From sequence record PV764601.1: a stretch of DNA of 64,000 nt; one strand, written 5' to 3'. Positions within the stretch are counted from its first letter, which is position 1; the number at the start of each line of letters is the position of its first letter. The translations under genes and the position numbers were made by a program. The notes beneath the pieces are model-generated. The model worked only from the letters and a program-made list of their open reading frames with translations, was not told the origin of the DNA and ran no database searches. This document shows, one piece after another, positions 8,818 to 18,473 of this stretch.

Positions 8818-9882
8818 TTACCCTCCGATGAAATCTTGCATGTTGTTGCCAAACAGGTCAATCGAACCGAAGTTCTGAGACTGCTGGTTCTGCGCACGGC
8901 TAGGAGTGGGAGCACTGAGCATGAGGATGTTGGTCATTTCCTCTGCCGTAGGAATCTTGAACGTACTCACGTGAATGTTGATGGTTGCGAACATGGGCTT
9001 GCCACGTCCGTCCAACTGCCATTCGATAGTCGGACTAATGCTCTCAACCACCACACTCTCTAGGTGCAGGATGTTACCGATCTTCAACGCAATGTTGCCC
9101 TCCACTTCACGCACGGGCGAGCCAATGAATTCAGCACTCGCACCAAGCAGACTATTGGGACCGCCGGAAAGAACCTGCGTCAGGGACTGCTTATTGAGTC
9201 CACCCGAAGCAGCTTCCTTAGCGAAGTCCTTGAAGCCAGTGGAAATGTTGTTGAAGGTGTCACCAATGTTGTCAACTGCCCGATTCAGATTTGGGCGAGG
9301 ACCCGGGGCGCGGAGGAAGCCACTTTCAGTTTCAGAGGGGAGTGCCATACGGGCCAAGCTGTTGATGGTCTGCATGATTTCCTGCTCGCCATCGTACTGT
9401 GCTGCGATCACCAACGGAATGTCCACGGCGATACGGGTAGCGCCTTGCCAAATCTGTGCAGTCATATCTTTGGTAACCGACTGCACGCCGTTCAGACGTG
9501 CAATGGTTTCCAGAGTTGGACCGCCCATCATGCTCAGGAGGCCCTGAGCAAATGGTGCATCATAGCTACCACCAAAACTGAAGTTGAGCGTCTCCGCTCC
9601 ATACCAGCCGGAGACGATTAGGGGCTCGCCGTTATCCGTGTCCGCGCTCAAGATAACTTGATACGCGGCGTTCGGGGTGTAGGCTTGCTGCAATTCACTG
9701 CTCGCATTCTGATCTGCCAACTTGCGCTGCTCAAGTGGGCTACCACCAATACCGATGGATCGGTTGAGTGCTTCAGTAACAGACCCGTAAGCTTTGTTGA
9801 TCGCTCCCTTTGCAGTGTTGGTGGCGTAGTTGGCCACAGAAGTCGAGGCCGACTTTACAAAACCGCCGATAGAAAATCCCAT
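8818..9882 (-). CDS. Baseplate-tail tube junction protein (gp48-like)
   Basis: TAQIWQGATRIAVDIPL..LARMALP..LRAPGP and LKIGNILHLESVVVESI pattern; position after the tape measure. Confidence 0.55.
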   Translation of the reverse strand: MGFSIGGFVKSASTSVANYATNTAKGAINKAYGSVTEALNRSIGIGGSPLEQRKLADQNASSELQQAYTPNAAYQVILSADTDNGEPLIVSGWYGAETLNFSFGGSYDAPFAQGLLSMMGGPTLETIARLNGVQSVTKDMTAQIWQGATRIAVDIPLVIAAQYDGEQEIMQTINSLARMALPSETESGFLRAPGPRPNLNRAVDNIGDTFNNISTGFKDFAKEAASGGLNKQSLTQVLSGGPNSLLGASAEFIGSPVREVEGNIALKIGNILHLESVVVESISPTIEWQLDGRGKPMFATINIHVSTFKIPTAEEMTNILMLSAPTPSRAQNQQSQNFGSIDLFGNNMQDFIGG

Positions 9883-9890
9883 GTGTTACC

Positions 9891-12656
9891 TCAAGTGATG
9901 AGACCGCCATTGATGCCAACAAGCAGCATGTCATCAATGTAGCTGGAACTAAGACTAGGCATTTCGCCACGGTTGGAGGGGAACGGCGTTGCACTGAGGC
10001 CCATATCACGCTTCATCTGATTCCAGTCTTGCTGGGGCTGCACCGATTCCTTGGACTGGAACGGAGTAACCTCGTTAGGAATCTGCTGCATGGTGCCCTG
10101 ACCCATGAGCTTACTGGCTTCGTTGTAGTAGCCAGTACGATTACGGATACCCGAAGCACGGTACTTAGGATCGTTGATGCGCCACTTGATGTGATTCTCG
10201 CCAAGCATATCCATCGCCCGGTTAGAGCTGATGTTGTCACGCTTCAGGTACTCAAGAGTTGCCTGCTGATCCTTGGAGCCATTCGCCATTTCATCAACGG
10301 AGAACTGTGCCATTTCATCCAACGCTGCCTGACTTGGGATGATGCTGCCGTCGGAGTTGAGCATTCCCTTAGACTGCAAGCGAGCCATAAGTGCCTTGCC
10401 TCGGGAGCCCTGCCAACTCATGAAGCCAACGTTGGTTGCGCCATTAGCAGGATCGACGTGACTACCGAACACGTTCTTGCCAAGGAAGGCACCTTCGCGT
10501 CCAATCTCAGCCGTGTGGGCAAGTGCACCCTCATGAGAGAGGCCCGCTTTGCGGAAAGCTTGATACGTACCACTCATGAGATCACGCTGACCCTGCGAGA
10601 TAGAGAAGTTACCTGCACCGCTAGAAGCACGTGCAGAGTTCCACCCCGAAGTGTCATCGCCTCGCAAGAGCGCCCTTACTTCTGCGTCAAACGCGTCCTT
10701 GTCTACGGTGTACGTCCGATTTTTGTCATCCCAATACTTCTGCGCAACACGCACACGCGCAGCATATTCACGACGCTTAGGATCGGTGCTGTTGAAGTCG
10801 GCTTCTAGCTGCTGCGGAGTACGCATTGGCATAGCGAGCGGCATTTCATCGGAGCGAGTACCATCAGCACGTTCAGGACCACCGAGGTCTTCGGTATGGA
10901 ACATGGCCATAGCACCAGCCACCCAAGGGTTAGCACGTGCCAGAGTAGCGGCACGGCCTAGAAGACTACCACCTGCGCGCCAGCTGCCACGCATCAGCTT
11001 ACCTGCAAGCCAGCGTCCCGGACGCGTAAACAATGAAGCACCTGCGACAGTACCACCAACGACAGCAGCGTCCTTACCCGAAGCAAGGTCTTTGTCTTGA
11101 ATCGCGTCAGCTTCTGCACGGAGGGCGTCTGCTTCATCGTGCATACCTACCAAGTCGTAAGCGCTCGCCATCAATCCCTTAAAACCCTTGGTGATAGAGT
11201 TCATCACTCGGGGAGCGCGGTCGAAGTTCTCACGCACAGCCCACAGAGTTCCGAGGATACCACCAACACCAACGAGGCTCTTGAGCACGTTACCGACTTC
11301 GCTCAGAAGCTGCTTGGGGCCTGCGGCAGCGATAGCAGCGGCATTGCGGAATCCCGAGGGCATGCCGAAGTCATCGTCCCGGCTAGCCTTACGCTTACGA
11401 TCTAGTTCAGCGCGTCGGCGGTTACGCTCCTCTTGCTTGAACTGTTCGGACATGGTGTCTGCCAAGTCCTGACCAACGTTACCGATGTTGTCCAGACCGT
11501 TGAACAATTCCTTGTTGTCCTTCGGTTCAATGATGACGTGTTCTGGATCGTCAGGGGCTTCTGCGTCTTCGACCTTACGCTTAGAGCGCTTGGTTTCGAT
11601 GACTTCCTCGATCTTGTCGCCAATGACTTCGGAAATCTTTTCAGCCGCTTCGATTTCGCTCTGCGTGATCTTCTCATCGCGCTGGCGTGGGTTGGTAGTG
11701 GGAGAGTCCGGCGGAACGCCAGCGTCTTCCATCAACGCAACCTGCTCAGGGTCTTCCCAAGGCTTCGGGTAACCACGTGCTTGCCAGCTGCTAGGACGCC
11801 AGCCTCGCTTACTACGACGTCGGGGTGCAGAAGACGGTGCAGAGGGATGCTCAATGTCGGCAAGACTCTGGACAATAGGACCCGTCCAATTATCGAGAGC
11901 GGTGGCAGTGTCTGCTACTTCCGTCTCGTAGTCCGAGGCTGCGTAGTTATCCCCTCGATTGATGCGCCATTCTTCCACACGTTCACGCATAGACTGCGCT
12001 GTGTTTTCCATCTGAGCTTGTTCGGCCAACTGCTGTTGCTTCTCAGCGGCCTTTCGAGCACGTACTCGGATGTTGAACTTGGCCATGCGCATACGATCAC
12101 GCAGTTCCATCTGTCGAAGTCGATGCTGCTCTTCCGGGTCAAGGTCGCCTGCCAGCTGTTGTTGAATGGAAGCAGCTGCGGCCACACCGATAGGATCGGT
12201 CTCTTCCTGAGGTGCAGTGATTTTCAGATTGCGAATTGCGTGCTCACGTGCAGCGGCGTACTCCCGATCCTTCTTCATCTGCCACATGCGAAGGGCGTTA
12301 CCTGCTAGAGGACGCCCGTTCTTATCAAGCGGCGGAGATTCAGGAGGGCGTGCGCCAGTAGCCCTGATCTTGTCAAGGCGCATCTTGAGTGCAGCACCGA
12401 CAAGCGGGCGCCCGTTCTTACCTAGCAGTCGTGGGTCGATAGGGTGTGGAACCGGCTTGACGATTGCCTTCTTGTTCGCCTTGGCAGCACGCTTTGCGGC
12501 TTCGGTAGGCTTCTTCAACTGCGCCGATACCTTGATCTTGTCGTTGTTCAAGGCCCTACCGGCAGTCTTCGGGATGGCCTTTCGTACAGGCGGCTGATCC
12601 AGCAGCTTGGTTTTGACTTTGCCCTTGATGGGCTTGCTAGGAGGGCGCTTTGCCAT
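9891..12656 (-). CDS. Tape measure protein with C-terminal phage tail lysozyme domain
   Basis: 921 aa; coiled-coil and Ala/Gly-rich middle. C-terminal FRKAGLS..ALAHTAEIGRE..GFMSWQGSRGKAL resembles Phage_lysozyme2. Downstream of the chaperone gene. Confidence 0.75.
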   Translation of the reverse strand: MAKRPPSKPIKGKVKTKLLDQPPVRKAIPKTAGRALNNDKIKVSAQLKKPTEAAKRAAKANKKAIVKPVPHPIDPRLLGKNGRPLVGAALKMRLDKIRATGARPPESPPLDKNGRPLAGNALRMWQMKKDREYAAAREHAIRNLKITAPQEETDPIGVAAAASIQQQLAGDLDPEEQHRLRQMELRDRMRMAKFNIRVRARKAAEKQQQLAEQAQMENTAQSMRERVEEWRINRGDNYAASDYETEVADTATALDNWTGPIVQSLADIEHPSAPSSAPRRRSKRGWRPSSWQARGYPKPWEDPEQVALMEDAGVPPDSPTTNPRQRDEKITQSEIEAAEKISEVIGDKIEEVIETKRSKRKVEDAEAPDDPEHVIIEPKDNKELFNGLDNIGNVGQDLADTMSEQFKQEERNRRRAELDRKRKASRDDDFGMPSGFRNAAAIAAAGPKQLLSEVGNVLKSLVGVGGILGTLWAVRENFDRAPRVMNSITKGFKGLMASAYDLVGMHDEADALRAEADAIQDKDLASGKDAAVVGGTVAGASLFTRPGRWLAGKLMRGSWRAGGSLLGRAATLARANPWVAGAMAMFHTEDLGGPERADGTRSDEMPLAMPMRTPQQLEADFNSTDPKRREYAARVRVAQKYWDDKNRTYTVDKDAFDAEVRALLRGDDTSGWNSARASSGAGNFSISQGQRDLMSGTYQAFRKAGLSHEGALAHTAEIGREGAFLGKNVFGSHVDPANGATNVGFMSWQGSRGKALMARLQSKGMLNSDGSIIPSQAALDEMAQFSVDEMANGSKDQQATLEYLKRDNISSNRAMDMLGENHIKWRINDPKYRASGIRNRTGYYNEASKLMGQGTMQQIPNEVTPFQSKESVQPQQDWNQMKRDMGLSATPFPSNRGEMPSLSSSYIDDMLLVGINGGLIT

Positions 12657-12658
12657 GA

Positions 12659-12811
12659 TTACCGTTGTCCTCTAGATTGCTGGCGGCGCTTATTTTCTTC
12701 CTCTTGCTTCCGCAGTTCTTCTTTCACCTTGGCGTAGCGATAGTACAAGGCTCGGAACTCCATATCCTTGTCAATCGTCACGTTTAGGTAAGCTTCGATC
12801 TGCATCTGCAT
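12659..12811 (-). CDS. Small tail/baseplate assembly protein (gp51- or lambda gpT-like partner), possibly a frameshift extension of the upstream chaperone
   Basis: MQMQIEAYLNVTIDKDMEFRALYYRYAKVKEE; ATG 1 nt after the chaperone TGA; fills the gap before the tape measure. Confidence 0.55.
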   Translation of the reverse strand: MQMQIEAYLNVTIDKDMEFRALYYRYAKVKEELRKQEEENKRRQQSRGQR

Positions 12812-12812
12812 T

Positions 12813-13886
12813 TCAAGCAAGCTTTGCTCGCTGTAGATCGGGAAGAAACATGGCGGCCGAGAGGGAGGTCGGAACCATCCTCTCAGCCGCACACACCGTA
12901 CATTTAGTTTTGACAGTTTCCACAATGCCGTGCTGGGACAGCTTCTTGAAGCGGTCGATGTAATCGAACAGTTCAAGCATGTCGTTGTCCAGCGAATCAA
13001 GGAACTCCCTGCGCTGCTTGATGGAAGTGCCGTGGATAGCTGGGTGCAGGTAGGAAGCGTACTCGTTGATCCATTCAAGATCGGCGTATGCGCTCTTGTT
13101 GCGCACGAAGTCTAGAGCCGAAGTAGCAAGCTTGTCCGAAGATGAGGCATTCAGGGCCTTCTCATCGAGCGCTTCCATTTCCTCGACCATTTCAATCGTA
13201 TCCTGCACCGTCGGAGGATACAGAGTTACGTTGAAGCGTTCGCGCACTTCGCTAATCAGTTCAGCAAGCTGATAACCGATTTCCTCGTTGATGGAGTGCT
13301 CCTTCAATTCCTTGTAGCGCACTTCCATCTTCTGACGGAGGGTTTCGGGCTCAAGCTCGCCGTTCTTGACCTTCTCCAGATGCTCCTTGCCCATACACTC
13401 AAACGACATGGTAGCAGGAGACTTCGGGTAGCTGTTGCTCTGATGGAAGTACATCAGGTACCAGAAATCGCCGATAGTAAGCGAATAGGCGTCCCGGTCG
13501 ATGCTAGGAGTTAGAATCTGTACGAAGGTTCGGAAGCTCTTGGTCATGTGCGCCTGATACGCCTTGCGCACCTCAGGTACGCCGAGACGGCGAATGCTCA
13601 GACGCTCGAAGGGATAGAACACGCCGCCACTAGGCAGGTGGTCGATTTCGATATAACGAGAGTCCGAATCGGCGAGGGTGGCTTCGCGTTCTTCCTCTGC
13701 TACAGTAGGCAGTGCTACTTTCATACGGCCGCCCGACTGACCGCCCATCGGCGGTGGAGCAGCTGCGGGCTTCGGAGGGTCTTGGCGGGGACGGCTTTCA
13801 GCGATAGTCTCACCTTCCGCCGTCTTGGTGGTAACAGTGAACGCAAGTTTGCGCTTGCGTGCAGGCAGTTCGTTCTTGGAGGTCAT
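12813..13886 (-). CDS. Tail/baseplate hub assembly chaperone (gp26-like)
   Basis: LPSGGVFYP motif, LTIGDFWYL, C-terminal CxxC (KCTVCAA) then MFLP; lies between the tube and tape measure genes. Confidence 0.7.
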   Translation of the reverse strand: MTSKNELPARKRKLAFTVTTKTAEGETIAESRPRQDPPKPAAAPPPMGGQSGGRMKVALPTVAEEEREATLADSDSRYIEIDHLPSGGVFYPFERLSIRRLGVPEVRKAYQAHMTKSFRTFVQILTPSIDRDAYSLTIGDFWYLMYFHQSNSYPKSPATMSFECMGKEHLEKVKNGELEPETLRQKMEVRYKELKEHSINEEIGYQLAELISEVRERFNVTLYPPTVQDTIEMVEEMEALDEKALNASSSDKLATSALDFVRNKSAYADLEWINEYASYLHPAIHGTSIKQRREFLDSLDNDMLELFDYIDRFKKLSQHGIVETVKTKCTVCAAERMVPTSLSAAMFLPDLQRAKLA

Positions 13887-13915
13887 GGGTTGTAGTCCAG
13901 GAAATCAAGTGGTTG

Positions 13916-14296
13916 TTACTTCAGTAGATCGTCGGCCAGCTTCTTGTAGAGCTTTTCGTGCCGTTCCTTCCATTTGAGACGCAGGGATGCCTGCTCCAGC
14001 AAATCATGGTAGGCAGGGGTGTGAGCCCGGTGCTTCTTTGCCTGTTCCTTGATGTGCTCCGCTGCGATGGCATGTGCCTTCGCGTGACGGCGATGGTGAT
14101 CCGGGTCTGGATAGCGTGCGTGCTCAGCCCAGTTTGTACCAAGCTTAGGAGTGGTCGCAGGGAGCTTGACGCCCTTGCGCTCAATCAGTTCATGGTAATG
14201 GAACTTGCTGTTCGGGTGAGCCTTGAGATAGGCTTCCCGACGCTCGATGGGCCAGTTACGAAAAGTCTCTTTGCTGAGTGCTGCAATCTCACGCAT
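13916..14296 (-). CDS. Hypothetical basic, His-rich protein
   Basis: 126 aa; W...REAYLKAHPNSKF motif; AAGGT RBS. Confidence 0.6.
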   Translation of the reverse strand: MREIAALSKETFRNWPIERREAYLKAHPNSKFHYHELIERKGVKLPATTPKLGTNWAEHARYPDPDHHRRHAKAHAIAAEHIKEQAKKHRAHTPAYHDLLEQASLRLKWKERHEKLYKKLADDLLK

Positions 14297-14347
14297 AATC
14301 GTTACCTTTCTTGGTTCCTTATGTGGTGGTTATTTGCTTGAGGATGC

Positions 14348-15202
14348 TCAGGTACTGGGAATCGTCTGTGCATTACCTACACTCACCGTACCCGAGTTGG
14401 GGTACGAGAAGGCAACGTGGTCGCATGCGAACGACTGATGCAACCGGAGGTATTCAGATGTGCCCGAGGCATACGGATAAGACAAGGGACCGTCGGGGTA
14501 ACAACCGAGCAAGGTCATCATCGCTGCGACCTTGCCATCTGGAGTTAGAGCTAGGACGTTGATGTCCGCTTTGTACGACTGCGGATAGGAGTAAGTGCCG
14601 TCAACGTCACGAATACACGACCGCCACCAATTAAGGTACTGCGATACAGTGTGGTCAGTGTCTTCCGCAAAGACAATGTTGATTGGTGAATTTTCCTTAT
14701 ACCCAGGATAGTTCACATGGGTGGTGCCCAACTGGATGCGGCGTGTGCCATAGCTAGGCGCACTAAAGTCAATCGACTCCACCAAGGAATCCGACAGACC
14801 GTTCGCACCCTTGAGGCTAGGCATGATGATGGACCAGTCAATGAGAAGGTGTGGATCACCTCGGGCTACAAGCTCCTTCAACTGACCAGTGCCATAACCA
14901 GTAGACAGCACGTTGGAGAACAACGCACCTGCAAGCTGCTTGCCTACCTTACTACCGATCTTGTTAACCAAGTCTCCAGTTACTTCACGATACTTGTTCT
15001 TGGCTGCGTTACTAAGCAGGCCACCAACGTAGTCACCGATCTGGCCGCCCGAAGGAACCTTTGAGTAACCACCATTGCCGGAAGTAAGGTTAGCGATTGG
15101 AGCGAGAAGATTGCCACCGATCTGCTTGGCGACACCACCAGCGAAGCCAGCAACTTGTTTGCCGAGTGCTTCCACACCCGGTAGCTTTAGAGAGAACGCC
15201 AT
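14348..15202 (-). CDS. Tail tube-like/initiator protein (gp19/gp54 family) with Gly-rich N-terminus
   Basis: C-terminal half LVESIDF..HVNYPG..INIVFAED..YLNWW..YP resembles the gp19 fold. Confidence 0.65.
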   Translation of the reverse strand: MAFSLKLPGVEALGKQVAGFAGGVAKQIGGNLLAPIANLTSGNGGYSKVPSGGQIGDYVGGLLSNAAKNKYREVTGDLVNKIGSKVGKQLAGALFSNVLSTGYGTGQLKELVARGDPHLLIDWSIIMPSLKGANGLSDSLVESIDFSAPSYGTRRIQLGTTHVNYPGYKENSPINIVFAEDTDHTVSQYLNWWRSCIRDVDGTYSYPQSYKADINVLALTPDGKVAAMMTLLGCYPDGPLSYPYASGTSEYLRLHQSFACDHVAFSYPNSGTVSVGNAQTIPST

Positions 15203-15237
15203 GCTGTTACCTCAGTGGTTTGGAGTGCCTGAATCAG

Positions 15238-15264
15238 AAAAAGGCCGTAGTGTTACCTACGGCC
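15238..15264 (-). terminator. Rho-independent terminator after tail tube gene
   Basis: ggccgtag-gtaaca-ctacggcc stem followed by TTTTT on the minus strand. Confidence 0.75.
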
Positions 15265-15284
15265 CCTTCGACGTGCCTGATTGG

Positions 15285-15800
15285 TTACAGGTCTTCAAAC
15301 CAATCGTAACGGAACGAAGCGCCGAGCATCACCGGGCCGCTACCCTGCGATTCAAGCTGCGCTTCCTGCAAGCTCTGACACCACAGACCGTGGAGTCGGA
15401 TGCGACGAATTTCCTTACCAATGTCATCATAGATGATGAGGTCGCCAATGGTCTTGTAGTTCGTCATGTACGCACCGTCGGTCGGACTGGTGCGGTTGTC
15501 ACGTGCGTACAGAATCCAGTTCAGCAGCGACTGGCGAGAAACCATATCGCGGTGCTCAGAGAACGTGGGGTTGAACGCGTGTTCCCACAGCGGGCGACCA
15601 GCGTAGGTGATTTCCGAACCGCGCAGCGGCAGGATGCCATCCTCGTTAGCGTGACCCGGCAGGGTGGCGGACGCGCAGCGCAGCATCAACTGGTAACCGT
15701 TACCACCACCCGGCACGTTGGGGATGGACAGGTCGAAGTTGTACGGCTGAAGCGGATCCGGCAATCCGGCGAGGTCTTGAAGTACCCAAGTACGGGCCAT
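15285..15800 (-). CDS. Tail tube protein (gp19-like)
   Basis: DPLQPYNFDL..RCASATLPG..ITYAGRP..YDDIG..IRLHGLW..ASFRYDWF; directly after the sheath gene. Confidence 0.9.
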   Translation of the reverse strand: MARTWVLQDLAGLPDPLQPYNFDLSIPNVPGGGNGYQLMLRCASATLPGHANEDGILPLRGSEITYAGRPLWEHAFNPTFSEHRDMVSRQSLLNWILYARDNRTSPTDGAYMTNYKTIGDLIIYDDIGKEIRRIRLHGLWCQSLQEAQLESQGSGPVMLGASFRYDWFEDL

Positions 15801-15829
15801 GTAGAATTACCTCTTGATGGTGAAAGGGA

Positions 15830-15847
15830 ATGGGGCCGAAGCCCCAT
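15830..15847 (-). terminator. UUCG-tetraloop hairpin between sheath and tube genes (terminator or stabiliser)
   Basis: atggggc-ttcg-gccccat on the minus strand; weak U-tract. Confidence 0.5.
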
Positions 15848-15851
15848 CCAT

Positions 15852-17849
15852 TTAGGTTGCAGAGACGGTTGCGCCCGGAGCCACGTTGCCGAGGATTTCC
15901 TCGAAGTTGGCGCCCTGCGGAGTGATGATGGTCAGCAGACCGATCTTGTCGATGGGCAGGATCGGTTCGATGGCCGCATACACTTGCAGGTTGCCCTGAG
16001 CACGCACTGCCGGAGAGTTGTCCACTCGCACGCTGAAGCCGTTGATGCGCTGTGCCGAAACCAGTCCGTTGAGGTACTGAGTCAGCATGCTCGCAATCTG
16101 CTGCGCGGTGAACTGCGTGTTCGGAGCTTGCAGCGAGTAGGTCAGGGCCAGTTCAATCGACTGCTCCATCACGTCGAAGATACGACGCACAGAGTAGTAG
16201 GTGACGGCCGAAATGGGCGTCGAGCAAGTCTTCTGCTCGGCGAGGTACGTACCGATGCCGGTACGGCTACGCCAGTAGTTAACCTGCGAACCAGCCAGCA
16301 TGTTACGCTGTGCCTTGGTGTAGTTGTGGCGCAGCTTGACCGCAGTGGTGATCGCACCATAGGTCGGGCCTGCGATGGAGCCACCCGAACCAATCTGACT
16401 GTCCACAGCCGCCGCCGAACCTGCCGCTGCACCGGAGCCCGGCACCCAAACCAGCGAGTTGGTGTCAGGATCGATTTCCTGAATGTCCGAAGTGAACAGC
16501 ATGATACGATCACTGTTTTCATTCAGAGTCAGGGTGCGGTAAGCCACCGCGTCAATCGCGTTCTGCTGATCGGACGGAACGTCACCGAACACCACGCAGT
16601 CCTGACGATCCTTGGCAATCGACAGCATAGCCTTCTGGACCGACGGGATAGCGTAGCCGCCGTCGATCAGCTGGGCAACCTGCACGGTGTCCTTGTCAGC
16701 GAAAGCCTGCCAACCGTTGATGAGGTCCGCCGAGGTCACAGCTGCGCCGTTAGCGCCGCCGTTCATCGTGACAGCCTGCAACGTGAAGATGGTCGGAGGA
16801 GCCACAGTCATGTTCGGGTAGTTACTCACCACGCGAATGTACTGCGACTGCGTGTTGATGACCGTCTCGATTTCCTGCTGCTGCTGCATACCGTTGACAC
16901 TTGGGGCAAGCGTGACAGCATGAGTCTCGACCGGGGCATTGACGCTGGAAGCCAGATCGTACACGTTGATTGCAAACACGTCAGTGAACGTGAAGCGGTT
17001 ACTGTTCGAGTTGACCGGAGTCGGCGGAACAGTGGTGGGAACAGTGCGGCCGGTATCCACGAACTGCACGATGCCCTGACCAACCGAACCAATCAGGCCC
17101 AGCGACACAGTGCCAGTGCCAGTCGAACCAGTCGAACGACCGTAGATGCGATAGCCGATGGCACCGGGGACCGGGTCCCACGAAATGACGACGGAACCAC
17201 TGGTGGTCTGCTCCAGCGTGATGTTCAGCTGGGTGGAGGTCAGAGTTTCACCCAAGGCACTCATGGCCGAGACACCGTAGGTGTACTGCGTGCCACCCTG
17301 CAAGATGCCGCCGGTAAGGGCAGGCGTCAGGCTCAGGTTGCCCGGAGGCATGATGTTGTTGGAGGTGATGCTGATCGCGTACTGGTTGTAACGAGTACCC
17401 GGACCAATACCGTAGATGTAGCACAGGTTCTGATTCGAGTCCGACACGCCACCGGCGCTGCGGAAGTCGATGGTGTCAGCCGGATTCTCACCGCCGATGC
17501 CATACGGCGTCAGCTTGAGGGTCTGATTACCAGTCGACCCGGTGTATTGCAGGAGGACACCTGCATACTTGTAACCGGCACCACAGACGCGCTTGAAGAT
17601 GATACCTTCGCCACCCTTGGTGAAGTAATCACGTACCGCCATGTGCACGCGAGACTGCGACGGGTTGCTCGGACCGTACTGCGTCTTGAACGAGGCGTAG
17701 TCGCTGACCAACTGGCGGCCCAGCTTGCCTTGCGTAGTAGCACCCACCATAGCGCCAACCGAAGTTGCTACCGTAGTGATGATGGTGCTGAGGTTAAGCT
17801 CACTGACATAAACGTCAGAAGCTTGATTGTTACCAATCGGGTTTGCCAT
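15852..17849 (-). CDS. Tail sheath protein (gp18-like)
   Basis: SDVYVSELNLS N-terminus, ..WVPGSG..GSIAG.., SVRRIFDVMEQSI and C-terminal sheath domain; 665 aa. Confidence 0.95.
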   Translation of the reverse strand: MANPIGNNQASDVYVSELNLSTIITTVATSVGAMVGATTQGKLGRQLVSDYASFKTQYGPSNPSQSRVHMAVRDYFTKGGEGIIFKRVCGAGYKYAGVLLQYTGSTGNQTLKLTPYGIGGENPADTIDFRSAGGVSDSNQNLCYIYGIGPGTRYNQYAISITSNNIMPPGNLSLTPALTGGILQGGTQYTYGVSAMSALGETLTSTQLNITLEQTTSGSVVISWDPVPGAIGYRIYGRSTGSTGTGTVSLGLIGSVGQGIVQFVDTGRTVPTTVPPTPVNSNSNRFTFTDVFAINVYDLASSVNAPVETHAVTLAPSVNGMQQQQEIETVINTQSQYIRVVSNYPNMTVAPPTIFTLQAVTMNGGANGAAVTSADLINGWQAFADKDTVQVAQLIDGGYAIPSVQKAMLSIAKDRQDCVVFGDVPSDQQNAIDAVAYRTLTLNENSDRIMLFTSDIQEIDPDTNSLVWVPGSGAAAGSAAAVDSQIGSGGSIAGPTYGAITTAVKLRHNYTKAQRNMLAGSQVNYWRSRTGIGTYLAEQKTCSTPISAVTYYSVRRIFDVMEQSIELALTYSLQAPNTQFTAQQIASMLTQYLNGLVSAQRINGFSVRVDNSPAVRAQGNLQVYAAIEPILPIDKIGLLTIITPQGANFEEILGNVAPGATVSAT

Positions 17850-17860
17850 TGGAAGTTACC

Positions 17861-18127
17861 TTAGTTGTCGTCAGCGTCGTTAGTGGGCACCGCAATCGGC
17901 GTGTCAGGGATCGACTGAACCCCAGCCAGCGGAATCACCTTTCCTTCAACATCAATCTGCGAAAGGAACGGGGAATACAGGGCAAGGTCAGCGGCAGCGA
18001 TACTGTAACCTTCCGACAGTTCGTACTGACCACGCTGTACCTGAATTTCCTGCACGTCGCCGGTGGTCGGATTCAGGATGCGGACGGCGCGGCTGATGGT
18101 AGAAGTGCTAAGGATACGATTACTCAT
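17861..18127 (-). CDS. Hypothetical virion protein
   Basis: Start ATG 18127 after AAGGAG RBS; 88 aa; in the structural operon. Confidence 0.6.
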   Translation of the reverse strand: MSNRILSTSTISRAVRILNPTTGDVQEIQVQRGQYELSEGYSIAAADLALYSPFLSQIDVEGKVIPLAGVQSIPDTPIAVPTNDADDN

Positions 18128-18128
18128 G

Positions 18129-18473
18129 TCATGCTCCTTGAAGGATGAAAACATTCACCGGATCAACATTCAAGGAGGTGACCACGATATTGGTAACCTT
18201 GCCCGGGAGAATGAGAGGCGTGATGCTCTCAGGGAACTCCACAGGGGTATTACCGATACGTGCCGTAACCTTGACCGGCTTGGCGGGAGAAATGATCGTA
18301 ACGACTGAATCATCCCTTCCCGTTATGGTGACGGGAACATTGTTGTTCAATGCCAACGTCTGAGAGACGACGATTTCCTTGGGGAGAGGCACTCCGATGA
18401 TTGTGCGAAGTGCCGTCTTCTTGATGTAGTCATCTGCCGTCTGAATGTTCAACCCAGCGATCAGAGTCTTCAC
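18129..18473 (-). CDS. Hypothetical virion protein
   Basis: 114 aa, beta-rich; overlaps the upstream stop codon. Confidence 0.6.
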   Translation of the reverse strand: MKTLIAGLNIQTADDYIKKTALRTIIGVPLPKEIVVSQTLALNNNVPVTITGRDDSVVTIISPAKPVKVTARIGNTPVEFPESITPLILPGKVTNIVVTSLNVDPVNVFILQGA

